Positions 32,574-43,949 of a DNA stretch of 64,000 nucleotides are shown piece by piece. A program made the translations under genes and the position numbers. Positions within the stretch are counted from its first letter, which is position 1. Each line of letters opens with the position of its first letter. Location of the stretch: contig NZ_JASGKI010000006.1 of assembly GCF_047600745.1 (NCBI RefSeq), forward strand, positions 496,345 to 560,344. The letters run 5' to 3'. The stretch comes from Paenirhodobacter sp. GTDB taxonomy: Bacteria > Pseudomonadota > Alphaproteobacteria > Rhodobacterales > Rhodobacteraceae. The notes under the pieces were generated by a model. The model saw only the letters and a list, made by a program, of their open reading frames with translations. It was not told the DNA's origin and did not search any database.

Positions 32574-33234
32574 GCCGCACCGCCTTCCGCCGAGCGGACA
32601 GCCACCCGTCGCGGTGCGAAATGCCAGCGCGCGCGGTCGATGGCAACGTCATGCACCACCTCCCCCGCCGGATCCTCGACGATCAGGCTGACCAGCCGCG
32701 CGCTCTTGCGCCACGGTGGCACGATCACCTGCGCCAGCGCCGCCTCCGCCCCCTCCGCATCGACCACCCGCGCACCGGGCGGCGCCGCCAGCGGACAGGA
32801 CTTGCGCCCGAGATACAGCGTGAAGGCCGGGGCGTTCAGAGCGTCCTTCAACGCTTCCAGCCCCTGCCCCGCCACGGCCACCCCGAAGAACGGCCCGGTG
32901 CGATAATCGCGCAGCGTGATGGTGGTATTGGTGCGGCCCCGCGCCGCCCGCAATGCCTCGGGCCGGGAATTGGGCGCCTTGACCGCCGCCGAGGGCACGG
33001 TCTCGATCGTGTGGTAATCGCGCAGGGGCGCGCCGCTGTCGTAGATGCCGACCGTGATCTCCAGCGCCTCCAGCGCCGAGAAATCGCCGTCGCGCCGGAT
33101 GCCGAGCGCCGCCCCCATCAGCCCGATCACGGCGGACCGGCCGGGCCATGCCAGTGCCCCGCGCCGCTCATGCCCCGCCAGTTCGCCCATGGCGCCAAGG
33201 CTGGCGGTCAGGCCGAATATCAGGAAGCGCTGCA

Positions 33235-33235
<1 letters not shown>
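32570..33235 (-). CDS. cas5e: Cas5e
   Basis: LTASLGAMG, PGRSAVIGLMGAALG, LRDYHT, LYLGRKSCP. Confidence 0.95.
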
Positions 33236-34804
<1,569 letters not shown>

Positions 34805-34808
<4 letters not shown>

Positions 34809-36263
34809 GCGGCTTTCCCTTTCTTCTCGGGCAGTTGCAGGCCAAGCGCGTCATAGATCGCCTTGCCCTGCCTGCCATGTCCGGCAAAGGCGAGACCGAG
34901 GAATTTGCGCGCGTCGGTGATGCGCTTGATCTGATCCGTCTCGCGCTGGTCGATCCCCGGCACGGCCAGCGCATCGAACTGCCGAAACGCCTGCGCCCGC
35001 AGATCGGCCAGCCAGTCGGCGCGCGGATCCGCTCCCGCACGCAGCGCCGCCAGATGCACGGCAAAGCGCGCCTCGGTGGCGGTGAAGAATGCCTCACGCT
35101 CAGCCTCGCGCGACTCGCCGCCCGCCAGGACCGGCTCCAGCGCGCCGCGCAATGCCACGCCCGCCGCCTCGGCCCCGAGGATCAGCCCGGCCAAGATGTC
35201 CTCGGCCTCCGGCTCCAGATTAAGGAAGGGCTCGACCGAGAAGCGTGAAATCGCGCGGCTTCATGTTGTCCATCGCCCAACCGGCAACAATGACCGCGCC
35301 CCCGCCCTGCCGATTTCCCCAATCGCGCAGGGAAAGCGACAGTTCCGACAGATCACCTTTCGCCTGCCCCGCGACGATGCCCAGCCAGTTGCGATAGCCG
35401 AAGCGCCCGGCGCGCGGGTGTTTCGGCAGCCATTCGGTGCCCGGCTTCATCCGGTAGTAAGGCGAAAGCGGATGCTTCCAGAGCGCGTAATTCGTGCCGT
35501 AGGGCTTCTGGATCACCCCGGTCACCCCCGCCTCATCGGCCACCAGCCGCAGCCGACGCGGCATGCCAAAGAACGCCTCCGGCCCAAACAGCGCACCATC
35601 GGGCGGCAGAGTCTCCAACCCCTTTTCCGAACTGCGGGTGGCCCGCATCCACGGCAGGCTGGCCGGCACGGCGGGCTGACCACAGGGCACATTCGCCCAG
35701 ATCATCGGCCACAGCCCCCGCCCCGGATCAACCAGCGTGACCAACGGCCCGCCGCCCCGCATCGAGGTCCGGTTCCCCGCCCCGCCCGAAGGCGCAAACG
35801 CCTGAAACGTATAAAGCGCCATGGCCGCCAGTGGCAGGTCGAGCGCCGGATACCGCCCCCGATGCACCATCAGATCGGCATTGTTGCGCGCCGTCTGCGC
35901 CCCCGCGCTGTCGATGAACAGCATGTCGGGCGGGTTGGGATCACCCGTCAGCGGCTCCATGTCCTGAAGAAACAGCGGCCCGTCACCCAGCAGGTTGAAG
36001 GCCGGCGCGAAACCCGCCAGCCGGTCGCGCAGCCGGTCCGGGTCCGGCGTTTGCCGATTGTCCCAGTCATAGACATCCGCGGGCGGATCAGCCAGATAGA
36101 CCAACCCGATCAGCAGTTCGAGACAGGCGATATTCAGATCGGGGCGCGGCCAGTCAGGAGTTTCAATCCCCGGCTCGGCCATCTGCCAGGGCGCGATGAT
36201 CCGCCGCGATCCATCGGCGCAACGTACGGGAATCCACGGGTCGGCAATCAGATTGAGAGACAT
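34805..36263 (-). CDS. cas8e: Cas8e (Cse1/CasA), +1 frameshift near 35241
   Basis: LNLIADPWIPV, GGAGNRTSMRGGGPLVTL, FFGMPRRLRL, HPLSPYY. Removing one A at 35241/35242 gives DFTLSVEPFL and a 485-aa ORF. Confidence 0.92.
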
Positions 36264-36645
36264 GAATACTCCCGGGAACAACCATAGGGAGAAGATCCTG
36301 TCCCGAACGCAAAGTAAAGCCGGAAACTGACAAAAATTGTCTAATTTTCAATATAAAGCGACCCCATTGAACCAGAGCAGACAGGGAATGACAGGGATCA
36401 TCCACCCCTTTCCGCGCTCGCAGGAAATGCCGACTAAGCGCATAGGCAGGAGGGTCGGGAACGGCTTTTACGTTGTTCCTGTTTTTCCGTGCCGAGGACG
36501 GATGGGCCATCGGGAACCACAAGCGTATGATCCTGTCCTGCGGATTTTCCAGCTTTCAATCATCGGACCCGCAAGCAAGCGCGTCAGGTGATGCACTGCG
36601 TTCACGCGATAACCACCCCGGAGATCGTTCCTGCCCCATCCCCGA

Positions 36646-39138
36646 TCAATCCGGGGAGACGAATAGCAGACCGCAATCCGCGTCGTAGCGCAAGCCATCG
36701 CAGATCGTCCCGTCCTCATCCACCGGGCACAGCACCGCCTCGGCGCGCTTCCATTCGGGCCAGTGCTGCGTAACGGCTGCAATGTCGGGCAGCGATTGAT
36801 CCGGCAGCGGCAGGCGGTCGAGGCGGCTGCGGCGGGCGGAAACCTCGGACAGCGCCCAGTTCTCCGGCGTTCCCTCACCGGCCCACGGCAGCAGCCCGGC
36901 CCCGGTCCCGCGCGCCAGAACCAACGTCCGGGTTTCGTCGCCCAATCGGGTCGGGTAGGTGACATCGCTCTCACCCTTCCCCGCATTGCGATAGTCCTTG
37001 GATAAATCGACCAGATTGTGCTGGGCCAGCGTTCCATCCGCCGCGCCCTTCCCCATGGCCTGTAGCTCCGACGGAAGCAGCACCTCGGGCAAATCCACCG
37101 CCGCCGCCCCATGAACGGCCTCGATCAGCGCACGCAGGCCCCCCGGCGCCGTGATCTGCCCCGCCTCAAACAGCACCCGCGCGGAACGCCAGACGTCGGC
37201 CAGCACATAGACATAGGCACCCGCGCCGAGGGTGCCCTGCAACCACCGGTCATCGCGCACCACCGCGGGATCGGGCGAGAGGACGTGCAGCACCGGCTCC
37301 GGCACCGGACGACCCCTCACAGGCCGGCGGTCCATATGCCGCCACAGCCTCCCCGCCCGCTGGATCAGCGCGGCGATCGGGGCGATATCGGACAGCATCA
37401 CGTCGAAATCGAGATCGAGGGACGCTTCGAGAACCTGCGTCCCCACCAGAACGAACCCCTCCCGCCCCACGCCATCCTTGCCGACGCGGGCCAGCACCTC
37501 GGCCTCGATCCGCTTGCGGTCGGCCAGGGCGAAACGTGCGTGCAAGAGCCGCGCCTCCACCCCGCGCGCCCGGAGCGCCGCCACCCCGGCGATGGCGTCG
37601 TCCACCGCATTGCGCACCCAGACGCAGGCCGCCCCCTGCCCCGCCCTCTCCACCAGAAGATCGGCCGCTGCCTCGGCATCGGCGATCCGCTCCACCCGCA
37701 CCGGGCCTTTCACCGGACGGGTATCGGGCGGAAAATCACCCCGCGCCTCGCCCCCGGCCACCGTCAGCGCCGGATAGGCCGGGCCGGGGTTCTCCCCGCC
37801 ATAGGTCTTCAGCAGCTGCCTGCGCAGATCCATCGGCAGCGTCGCCGTCAGCAGGATGGCCGAGCCGCCCGCCGCGCGGTGCATCTGCAACAGCCGCTCC
37901 AGCTCGCGGCCGATGTAAGGCTCGCCCATCTCATGCACTTCGTCCACGATCAGGATCTTCGAGGACAGGCCGAAATGGCGCAACGTCTGATGCCTGACCG
38001 GCAGGACGGAGAGCAGCGCCTGATCCACCGTGCCCACGCCCACATCGGCCAGAAGCGCGCGGCGGCGGCTCTCGGCCAGCCAGTCGGTGCAGGAGGGCGC
38101 ATCCTCGCCCCTCTGATCCGATCCGACCAGATCGCGGAACGCGTCGGACAAGGCCGCCCGCCCATGCGCCAGGGTCAGGGTCGGCGCGGTCAGCATCCGC
38201 CCGACCACATCGCGGGCACGCCCGAACATCGCATCGCTGGTCGCCATGGTGGGCAGGGCGAAGTAGAGGCCGCGCCCCTTCCCCGCCTGCATCATCCGAT
38301 GCGCGAGCAGAAGCGCCGCCTCGGTCTTGCCCGCACCCGTCTCGTCCTCGATCACCGCCAGCATGGGGCCATCCGGCAAGGCAACCTCGGCGCAGGCGGC
38401 TTGCATCGGGCGCAACGTGAAATCAAACAGCGGCCCGGGGCAGACGGCAGCCCCTGCCAACCCTGCCTCCCGAACCGCCGTTTCCGCGATAGCACGGGCG
38501 CGGCGCAGATAGTCGGACACATCCGGCTGCCCGTCTTCGGGCAGAAACCACCGCGTGTTCGACCCCACCCAATCCGCTGCCGCGCACAGCCCCGGCAACC
38601 ACCATGACAGCGGCACCTCCGCGCGCAGGTCAAGCCCGGCCAGAGACGCCCCGGGCCAGAGCGCGCAGAAGGCGTCGATCACCTCCCCCGCCGGCGTCAG
38701 GCCGGTGCCGATCTGTTTCAGCGCCGTCCGCATGTCTCGCTCCGGCCGACCGGGCTGCCCGAGACCCAGATCGGACGGTTGGCCATGATGCCCGGCGACC
38801 GAGGCATAAAGCGCCTGCCGCTGCCGCCAACTGCCGCCGATCCGCGCCGCCAGCCGCTCGTCATGCGCGAAAAGCAGCGCCTCGGTCAGTTGCCAGTGCC
38901 GGTAGCCCTGCGGCACCCCGCTCTCGATCATCGCGCGGAAGCTGTCGCTGATCTTGCCCAGATCGTGCAGCGCAATCAGTAGCACCAGCGCATCGCGCAG
39001 CGGCTGATCAAACCCGAAGGGCGCGATCAGCCGTTCCGCAACCGCCGCGACATCGAGCATATGGCAAACCGCTGGATGCCGGGGCCCGCCCTCGACCGGA
39101 GCGCTTTTGCCGGGCCAGTCAAACCACGCGTCATCCAT
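36646..39138 (-). CDS. cas3: Cas3 HD nuclease-helicase
   Basis: CHMLD, ALHDLGK, GHHG, ETGAGKTEAA, VDEVHE, TATLP, QRAGRLWRH. Confidence 0.97.
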   Translation of the reverse strand: MDDAWFDWPGKSAPVEGGPRHPAVCHMLDVAAVAERLIAPFGFDQPLRDALVLLIALHDLGKISDSFRAMIESGVPQGYRHWQLTEALLFAHDERLAARIGGSWRQRQALYASVAGHHGQPSDLGLGQPGRPERDMRTALKQIGTGLTPAGEVIDAFCALWPGASLAGLDLRAEVPLSWWLPGLCAAADWVGSNTRWFLPEDGQPDVSDYLRRARAIAETAVREAGLAGAAVCPGPLFDFTLRPMQAACAEVALPDGPMLAVIEDETGAGKTEAALLLAHRMMQAGKGRGLYFALPTMATSDAMFGRARDVVGRMLTAPTLTLAHGRAALSDAFRDLVGSDQRGEDAPSCTDWLAESRRRALLADVGVGTVDQALLSVLPVRHQTLRHFGLSSKILIVDEVHEMGEPYIGRELERLLQMHRAAGGSAILLTATLPMDLRRQLLKTYGGENPGPAYPALTVAGGEARGDFPPDTRPVKGPVRVERIADAEAAADLLVERAGQGAACVWVRNAVDDAIAGVAALRARGVEARLLHARFALADRKRIEAEVLARVGKDGVGREGFVLVGTQVLEASLDLDFDVMLSDIAPIAALIQRAGRLWRHMDRRPVRGRPVPEPVLHVLSPDPAVVRDDRWLQGTLGAGAYVYVLADVWRSARVLFEAGQITAPGGLRALIEAVHGAAAVDLPEVLLPSELQAMGKGAADGTLAQHNLVDLSKDYRNAGKGESDVTYPTRLGDETRTLVLARGTGAGLLPWAGEGTPENWALSEVSARRSRLDRLPLPDQSLPDIAAVTQHWPEWKRAEAVLCPVDEDGTICDGLRYDADCGLLFVSPD

Positions 39139-39227
39139 CCGAAGCCCCCTTCGACACCACTCAACCACGCCCACTACGCCCGTTCAACCGCCGAAACGGT
39201 GGCCAGAACCGCCGTCGTCAAGGTGGA

Positions 39228-39260
39228 GGGGTCAGCCGCGCAGGATCACCCGGGGAACAG
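39228..39260 (-). repeat. Solitary degenerate CRISPR repeat upstream of cas3
   Basis: Minus strand CTGTTCCCCG-GGTGATCCTGCGCGG-CTGACCCC: the first 10 nt are identical to the repeat and the last 8 match 6/8. Confidence 0.55.
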
Positions 39261-39318
39261 AATTCACCCGGATCTTCCCGTGACAGTTCCGCTGCGATCG
39301 GCGCGGGCGTCGATCCCC

Positions 39319-39340
39319 CCTCCGCCGAAACCGGCGGAGG
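39319..39340. terminator. Hairpin downstream of the PQQ dehydrogenase
   Basis: CCTCCGCCG-AAAC-CGGCGGAGG, a perfect 9-bp stem; no U-tract. Confidence 0.5.
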
Positions 39341-39355
39341 AGGGAATCCGGCCCT

Positions 39356-41713
39356 TCAGGGAAGGGTATAGGAGAGGATGTCGTCGCCCGGCTTCGTGCC
39401 GACCGAACCATGCCCGCCCGCGACGATGACGACATATTGCTTGCCGTCGACCGCATAGGTCATCGGGGTCGATTGCCCGCCCGCCGGAAGACGCGCCTGC
39501 CACAGCTGTTCGCCGGTGGTGACGTCATAGCCCCGGAGGTAGTCGTCCACCGCCGCCGCGAGGAAGGCGAGGCCCGAGCGCGTCACGATCGGCCCGCCGA
39601 TCCCCGGCACGCCGAGCTTGATCGGCAGCGGCAGCGGGGTCATGTCCTCGACCGTGCCGTTCTTCAGCTTGTAGACCACGCTTTCGCTGCGCAGGTCGGC
39701 ACCGGCCACATAGCCCCATGGCGGCGCCATGCAGGGCACGCCGAGGGGCGACAGGAAGGGCCCCATGACGACGCCGTAGGGCGCGCCGTCGTTGCGGTTC
39801 AGGCCCTGCTCGCTGGCCTTGGCACCGGCCTCCTTCGGCGGGATCTGGGACGCCGGAACCAGCCGCGACGTGAAGGGCAGATAGGTCGGCATGCCGAACA
39901 GGATCTGCCGCTCCGGATCGACCGCGACGGAGCCCCAGTTGAAGGTGCCGAAGTTCCCCGGGAAGATGATGCTGCCCTTGAGCGAGGGCGGCGTATACTG
40001 CCCCTCGTAGTTGAGCGAGCGGAACTTGATCCGGCAGGACAGCTGATCGAACATCGTGCCGCCCCACATGTCCGCCTCGGTCATGCGCTCGGGGCGGAAG
40101 GTCAGCTTGCTGATCGGCTGGGTGGGCGAACTCCAGTCCTCGGGGATGGCGCCACCGGGGGCGGGCAGTTCCTCGCGCGGGGACAGCGGAACGCCGGTGC
40201 GGCGGTCCAGCACCCACAGGTCGCCCTGCTTGGTCGGGCCGACGAGCGCCGGGATCACCCTGCCCTCCCGCGTCAGGTCCACGAGCACGGGCTGCGCGGG
40301 CACGTCCATATCCCAAAGGTCATGATGCACGGTCTGGCGGACCCAGCGTTTCTGCCCGGTCTGGATGTCGAGCGCGACGATGGAGGAGGAATGCTCCTCG
40401 ACCTCGGGCGAGCGGTCCATGCCGAGCTGGTCGGGCACCTTGTTGCCCATCGGGATGTAGACGAGGCCGAGCGCTTCGTCATAGCTGAAGACGGACCAGC
40501 TGTTGGGCGAATTGGTGGTGTAATACTCGCCCTCCGCAAGGGGCTCGGTCCGGTCGGGGTTGCCGCTGTCCCAGTTCCAGATCAGCGCGCCCGAGTCGAT
40601 GTCAAAGGCGCGGATCACGCCCGACTGCTCGGTGGTCGAGAAGTTGTCGTTGACCGCGCCGCCGATGATCAGCTTGCCGCCCGTGGCCACCGGCGGAGAG
40701 GTGGAGTAGTAATAGCCAGCCGGGTTGTATTTCATCCCGGCCTCAAGGTGCAGCACGCCCTCTTCGGCGAAGAACGAACAGACCTTGCCGGTATCGGCAT
40801 TAAGCGCAATCAGCCGCGCATCCGCCGTCGGCAGATAGACCCGGCGCGGGCATTCGGCCAGCGCCTGCGCATGCAGCGCCACCTGTTCCGGCGTGGCGCC
40901 CGCGGGCGGGGCGGTCGGGGTTTCCCACCAGGTCACGCCGCGGCATGTCTGGTGCTGCCGGTCCGGGTTCATGCGGGAATTGGCGTCGTAGCGCCAGTTT
41001 TCCTTGCCCGTCACCGCATCGAGCGAAATGGCGATGTTGTGCGGCGTGCAGACGTAGAGGTTCCGGCCCACCTTGATCGGCGTGACCTGATAGGTCGTCT
41101 CGCCGATGTCGTCGGGGCGCTTCACGTCGCCGGTCTTGTAGTGCCAGGCGAGCTTCAGCGTGCCGACATTCGCCGGGGTGATCTGCTCAAGCGGCGACCA
41201 GCGCTGACCGAAGCCGGTCCGGCCATACTGGCGCCAATCCTCATCGCCGGCCTCGTTGCCGGTATTGATCCTGTCGCGCATCGGCAAGGCGATGTCCCGC
41301 GTCAGTTCGCCATGGAGCGAGGACGGGGTTTGCAGCATGGAATAGCCTGCGGTCGCCACCGAGGCCAGCGTGACCGCGCCGAGCGCCACTCCCGGCACCC
41401 CTGCCCCGGCAAGGTTGCGCCGCACGGCGGGCAGCAGCAGCGCAAGGCCGAGGAGTACCGGAATGCCGCCGCGCGGCCCGAGCTGCCACCAGTCGAAGCC
41501 GACCTCCCACACCGCCCAGACGAGCGTGCCGCCAAGAACGATGGCATGGATCAGCAGCGCCGTGCCCCGCCGACGCCACAGCAGGACGCCCGTCGCGATA
41601 AAGCCGATCCCCGCGACGAGGTAATAAGGGCTTCCCCCCAAAGCGAGGAGCCAGCCTCCGCCCAACGCCAATGCGGCCCCGGACAGCAGGAATATGAAAG
41701 CCAGTATGAGCAT
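39356..41713 (-). CDS. gcd: Membrane-bound PQQ-dependent dehydrogenase, glucose/quinate/shikimate family
   Basis: N-terminal TM helices, WRQYGR, QHQTCRGV, HHDLWDMD, FPGNFGTFNWG, ARLPAGGQSTPMTY. Confidence 0.92.
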   Translation of the reverse strand: MLILAFIFLLSGAALALGGGWLLALGGSPYYLVAGIGFIATGVLLWRRRGTALLIHAIVLGGTLVWAVWEVGFDWWQLGPRGGIPVLLGLALLLPAVRRNLAGAGVPGVALGAVTLASVATAGYSMLQTPSSLHGELTRDIALPMRDRINTGNEAGDEDWRQYGRTGFGQRWSPLEQITPANVGTLKLAWHYKTGDVKRPDDIGETTYQVTPIKVGRNLYVCTPHNIAISLDAVTGKENWRYDANSRMNPDRQHQTCRGVTWWETPTAPPAGATPEQVALHAQALAECPRRVYLPTADARLIALNADTGKVCSFFAEEGVLHLEAGMKYNPAGYYYSTSPPVATGGKLIIGGAVNDNFSTTEQSGVIRAFDIDSGALIWNWDSGNPDRTEPLAEGEYYTTNSPNSWSVFSYDEALGLVYIPMGNKVPDQLGMDRSPEVEEHSSSIVALDIQTGQKRWVRQTVHHDLWDMDVPAQPVLVDLTREGRVIPALVGPTKQGDLWVLDRRTGVPLSPREELPAPGGAIPEDWSSPTQPISKLTFRPERMTEADMWGGTMFDQLSCRIKFRSLNYEGQYTPPSLKGSIIFPGNFGTFNWGSVAVDPERQILFGMPTYLPFTSRLVPASQIPPKEAGAKASEQGLNRNDGAPYGVVMGPFLSPLGVPCMAPPWGYVAGADLRSESVVYKLKNGTVEDMTPLPLPIKLGVPGIGGPIVTRSGLAFLAAAVDDYLRGYDVTTGEQLWQARLPAGGQSTPMTYAVDGKQYVVIVAGGHGSVGTKPGDDILSYTLP

Positions 41714-41852
41714 GAGGTCTGATCTTCCCGAACCGATTAGGACTGAAGAGGTATCCTAGATGCTGGTTTTACACCATGAAAGCCCGAATTGCGCATAACA
41801 CCTGCCCACGTCGCCGGGGGCAGGTGCGGTTCCGGCATATCCGGGCCCGGCC

Positions 41853-43451
41853 TCAGAAGACCTGACGCAGGATGGTGAACAGCACGAAGGACAGCGCGAT
41901 CGAGGCCGGCAGGGTCAGCACCCAGGCCATCAGCATGTTGCGCACCGTCGCCCATTGCAGGCCGGAGCCGTTCGCCGCCATCGTCCCCGCAACGCCCGAG
42001 GACAGCACATGCGTCGTGGAGACCGGCAGCCCGAAGTGGTCCGCCGCCCCGATCGTCGCCATCGCGACGACCTCGGCCGCGGCGCCCTGACCATAGGAGA
42101 GATGCGTCTTGCCGATCTTCTCGCCGACGGTGACCACGATCCGCTTCCAGCCGACCATCGTGCCCAGACCGAGCGCCATCGCGACGGCGACCTTCACCCA
42201 CATCGGGATGAACTTCGTCGCATCATCCACGGCGGCGTGATAGGTCTTCACCGCCGCCAGATCCGCCGCGTCCATCGGCAGCAGGTGGCGCTTGTCGATC
42301 AGCCGCAGCGCCTCGCCGATCAGGTAGATGTCGTTGCGCAGGTTGTTGACCAGCGTGCCCGGCAGTTCCTGAAGCGTATGATAGCCCGCCACCTGCTGCT
42401 GGGTGGACTCGACGAATTTCTCCAGCGCGACGGTGGTTTCATCGCTCCATTCCCGCTTCTGCACGGCATGAGCAATGACCGCCCTGGGATCCTCCACCGC
42501 GATCCCGGCGACGGCGTATTTCTCCAGCGACCGCTCCACCGCGACCGAGGCCGCCCGGAACGCCTCAAGCTGGCGCGCGTCCGGCGTGCGGTTCAGCGCG
42601 AAGGCCGTGGGCACCAGCCCGACGAGGATCAGCATGATCAGCCCCATGCCCTTTTGCCCGTCGTTCGAGCCATGCGCAAAGCTCACGCCGGTGCAGGTCA
42701 GGATCAGCAGGCCGCGAATCCACAGCGGCGGGGGCTGGTTCCCCTTGGGTTCGGCGTAAAGCTCCCTGCTTTTCACAAAGACCTTGAGCGCGAGCAGCAG
42801 CCCCGCCGCCGCGAAGAAGCCGAGGACCGGCGAAATGAGAAGCGACAGGCCGATGCTGCCCGCCTGGCTCCAGTCCACGCCGCTCGTCGCGGTATCGCCC
42901 GCCGCATGGAACTGGTTCGCAAGACCTACGCCGATGATCGACCCCACGAGCGTGTGCGAACTGGAGGCCGGCAGGCCGAGATACCAGGTGCCGAGGTTCC
43001 AGATGATCGCCGCGATCAGCAGCGAGAACACCATGGCAAGGCCCGCGCCCGAGCCGACCTGCATGATCAGTTCGACCGGAAGCAGCGAGATGATCCCGAA
43101 GGCAACCGCCCCGCTCGACGCCATGACACCGAGGAAGTTGAAGAAGCCCGACCACAGCACCGCGATCTCGGCGGGCAGGGAGCGGGTATAGATCACCGTC
43201 GCGACGGCATTGGCGGTGTCGTGGAAGCCGTTCACGAACTCGAAGCCGAGCGCGATCAGCAGCGCGATGCCCAGAAGCAGCCACGGCACGGCGCGCTCGT
43301 TCTCAAGCTCGCCGCCAAGGGACCGGAAGATGTAGATCAGCCCGCCGACGAGGATGACCGCGAAGAGCGGAAGGAACCATTTGCCGACATGGCTGGGCCC
43401 CTCAAGAGGGTGATCGGCAGATCCGTGGATCTGCGGAGAGGTGTCTGTCAT
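41853..43451 (-). CDS. PiT-family inorganic phosphate transporter
   Basis: GFHDTANAVAT, PASSSH, HGSNDGQK, PVSTTH. Confidence 0.93.
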   Translation of the reverse strand: MTDTSPQIHGSADHPLEGPSHVGKWFLPLFAVILVGGLIYIFRSLGGELENERAVPWLLLGIALLIALGFEFVNGFHDTANAVATVIYTRSLPAEIAVLWSGFFNFLGVMASSGAVAFGIISLLPVELIMQVGSGAGLAMVFSLLIAAIIWNLGTWYLGLPASSSHTLVGSIIGVGLANQFHAAGDTATSGVDWSQAGSIGLSLLISPVLGFFAAAGLLLALKVFVKSRELYAEPKGNQPPPLWIRGLLILTCTGVSFAHGSNDGQKGMGLIMLILVGLVPTAFALNRTPDARQLEAFRAASVAVERSLEKYAVAGIAVEDPRAVIAHAVQKREWSDETTVALEKFVESTQQQVAGYHTLQELPGTLVNNLRNDIYLIGEALRLIDKRHLLPMDAADLAAVKTYHAAVDDATKFIPMWVKVAVAMALGLGTMVGWKRIVVTVGEKIGKTHLSYGQGAAAEVVAMATIGAADHFGLPVSTTHVLSSGVAGTMAANGSGLQWATVRNMLMAWVLTLPASIALSFVLFTILRQVF

Positions 43452-43949
43452 GATGAGGAACTGCCCAACAATTTACGGGCAGGGTTTAGTCCCGTTCCTT
43501 GACAGTTTCATGATACGGATCGGATTGATCAGGCCCTCACGTCATCCTTCGCAAGGATCGCTGGGGCAATCGCTTCGCGCGCGCATTCCATGGCCAGTTG
43601 CACAACGGCTCCCACAATGCTGCGCTTTGCTGGCGGCGGCCGGCAGATTGGACACCTCAGGTCACCGGGGTCTCTGGCCCGTGGTCGGAACCCCGCCTCG
43701 ATGGCGCCACGCCCGTGGACCCGAAGTTACGCCCCCGGAGCCCCTCACCTTTGTGATGCGAAAGCGACAGGGCGGCGAAATATTCCCGAGTGATTTTATT
43801 GGAATTGCGCCGGACGGGCCGCGCCGCTATCACCGCCGCAGGCACCTGCCCCCCGGGCGCGGTGCGCGTTCATGCCAGCCCTGTGCCAGCCCCTGCCATG
43901 CACTCTTGTTCCGGGTGTCTCCGTGGATGGCCCCGGGTTGGGGATTTTC

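Noticed and set aside
43560-43810. Cobalamin riboswitch or iron-regulator box upstream of the TonB receptor
   Set aside because: No B12-box motifs. The AT-rich stretch at about 43781-43805 is only weakly palindromic, too poor to call.
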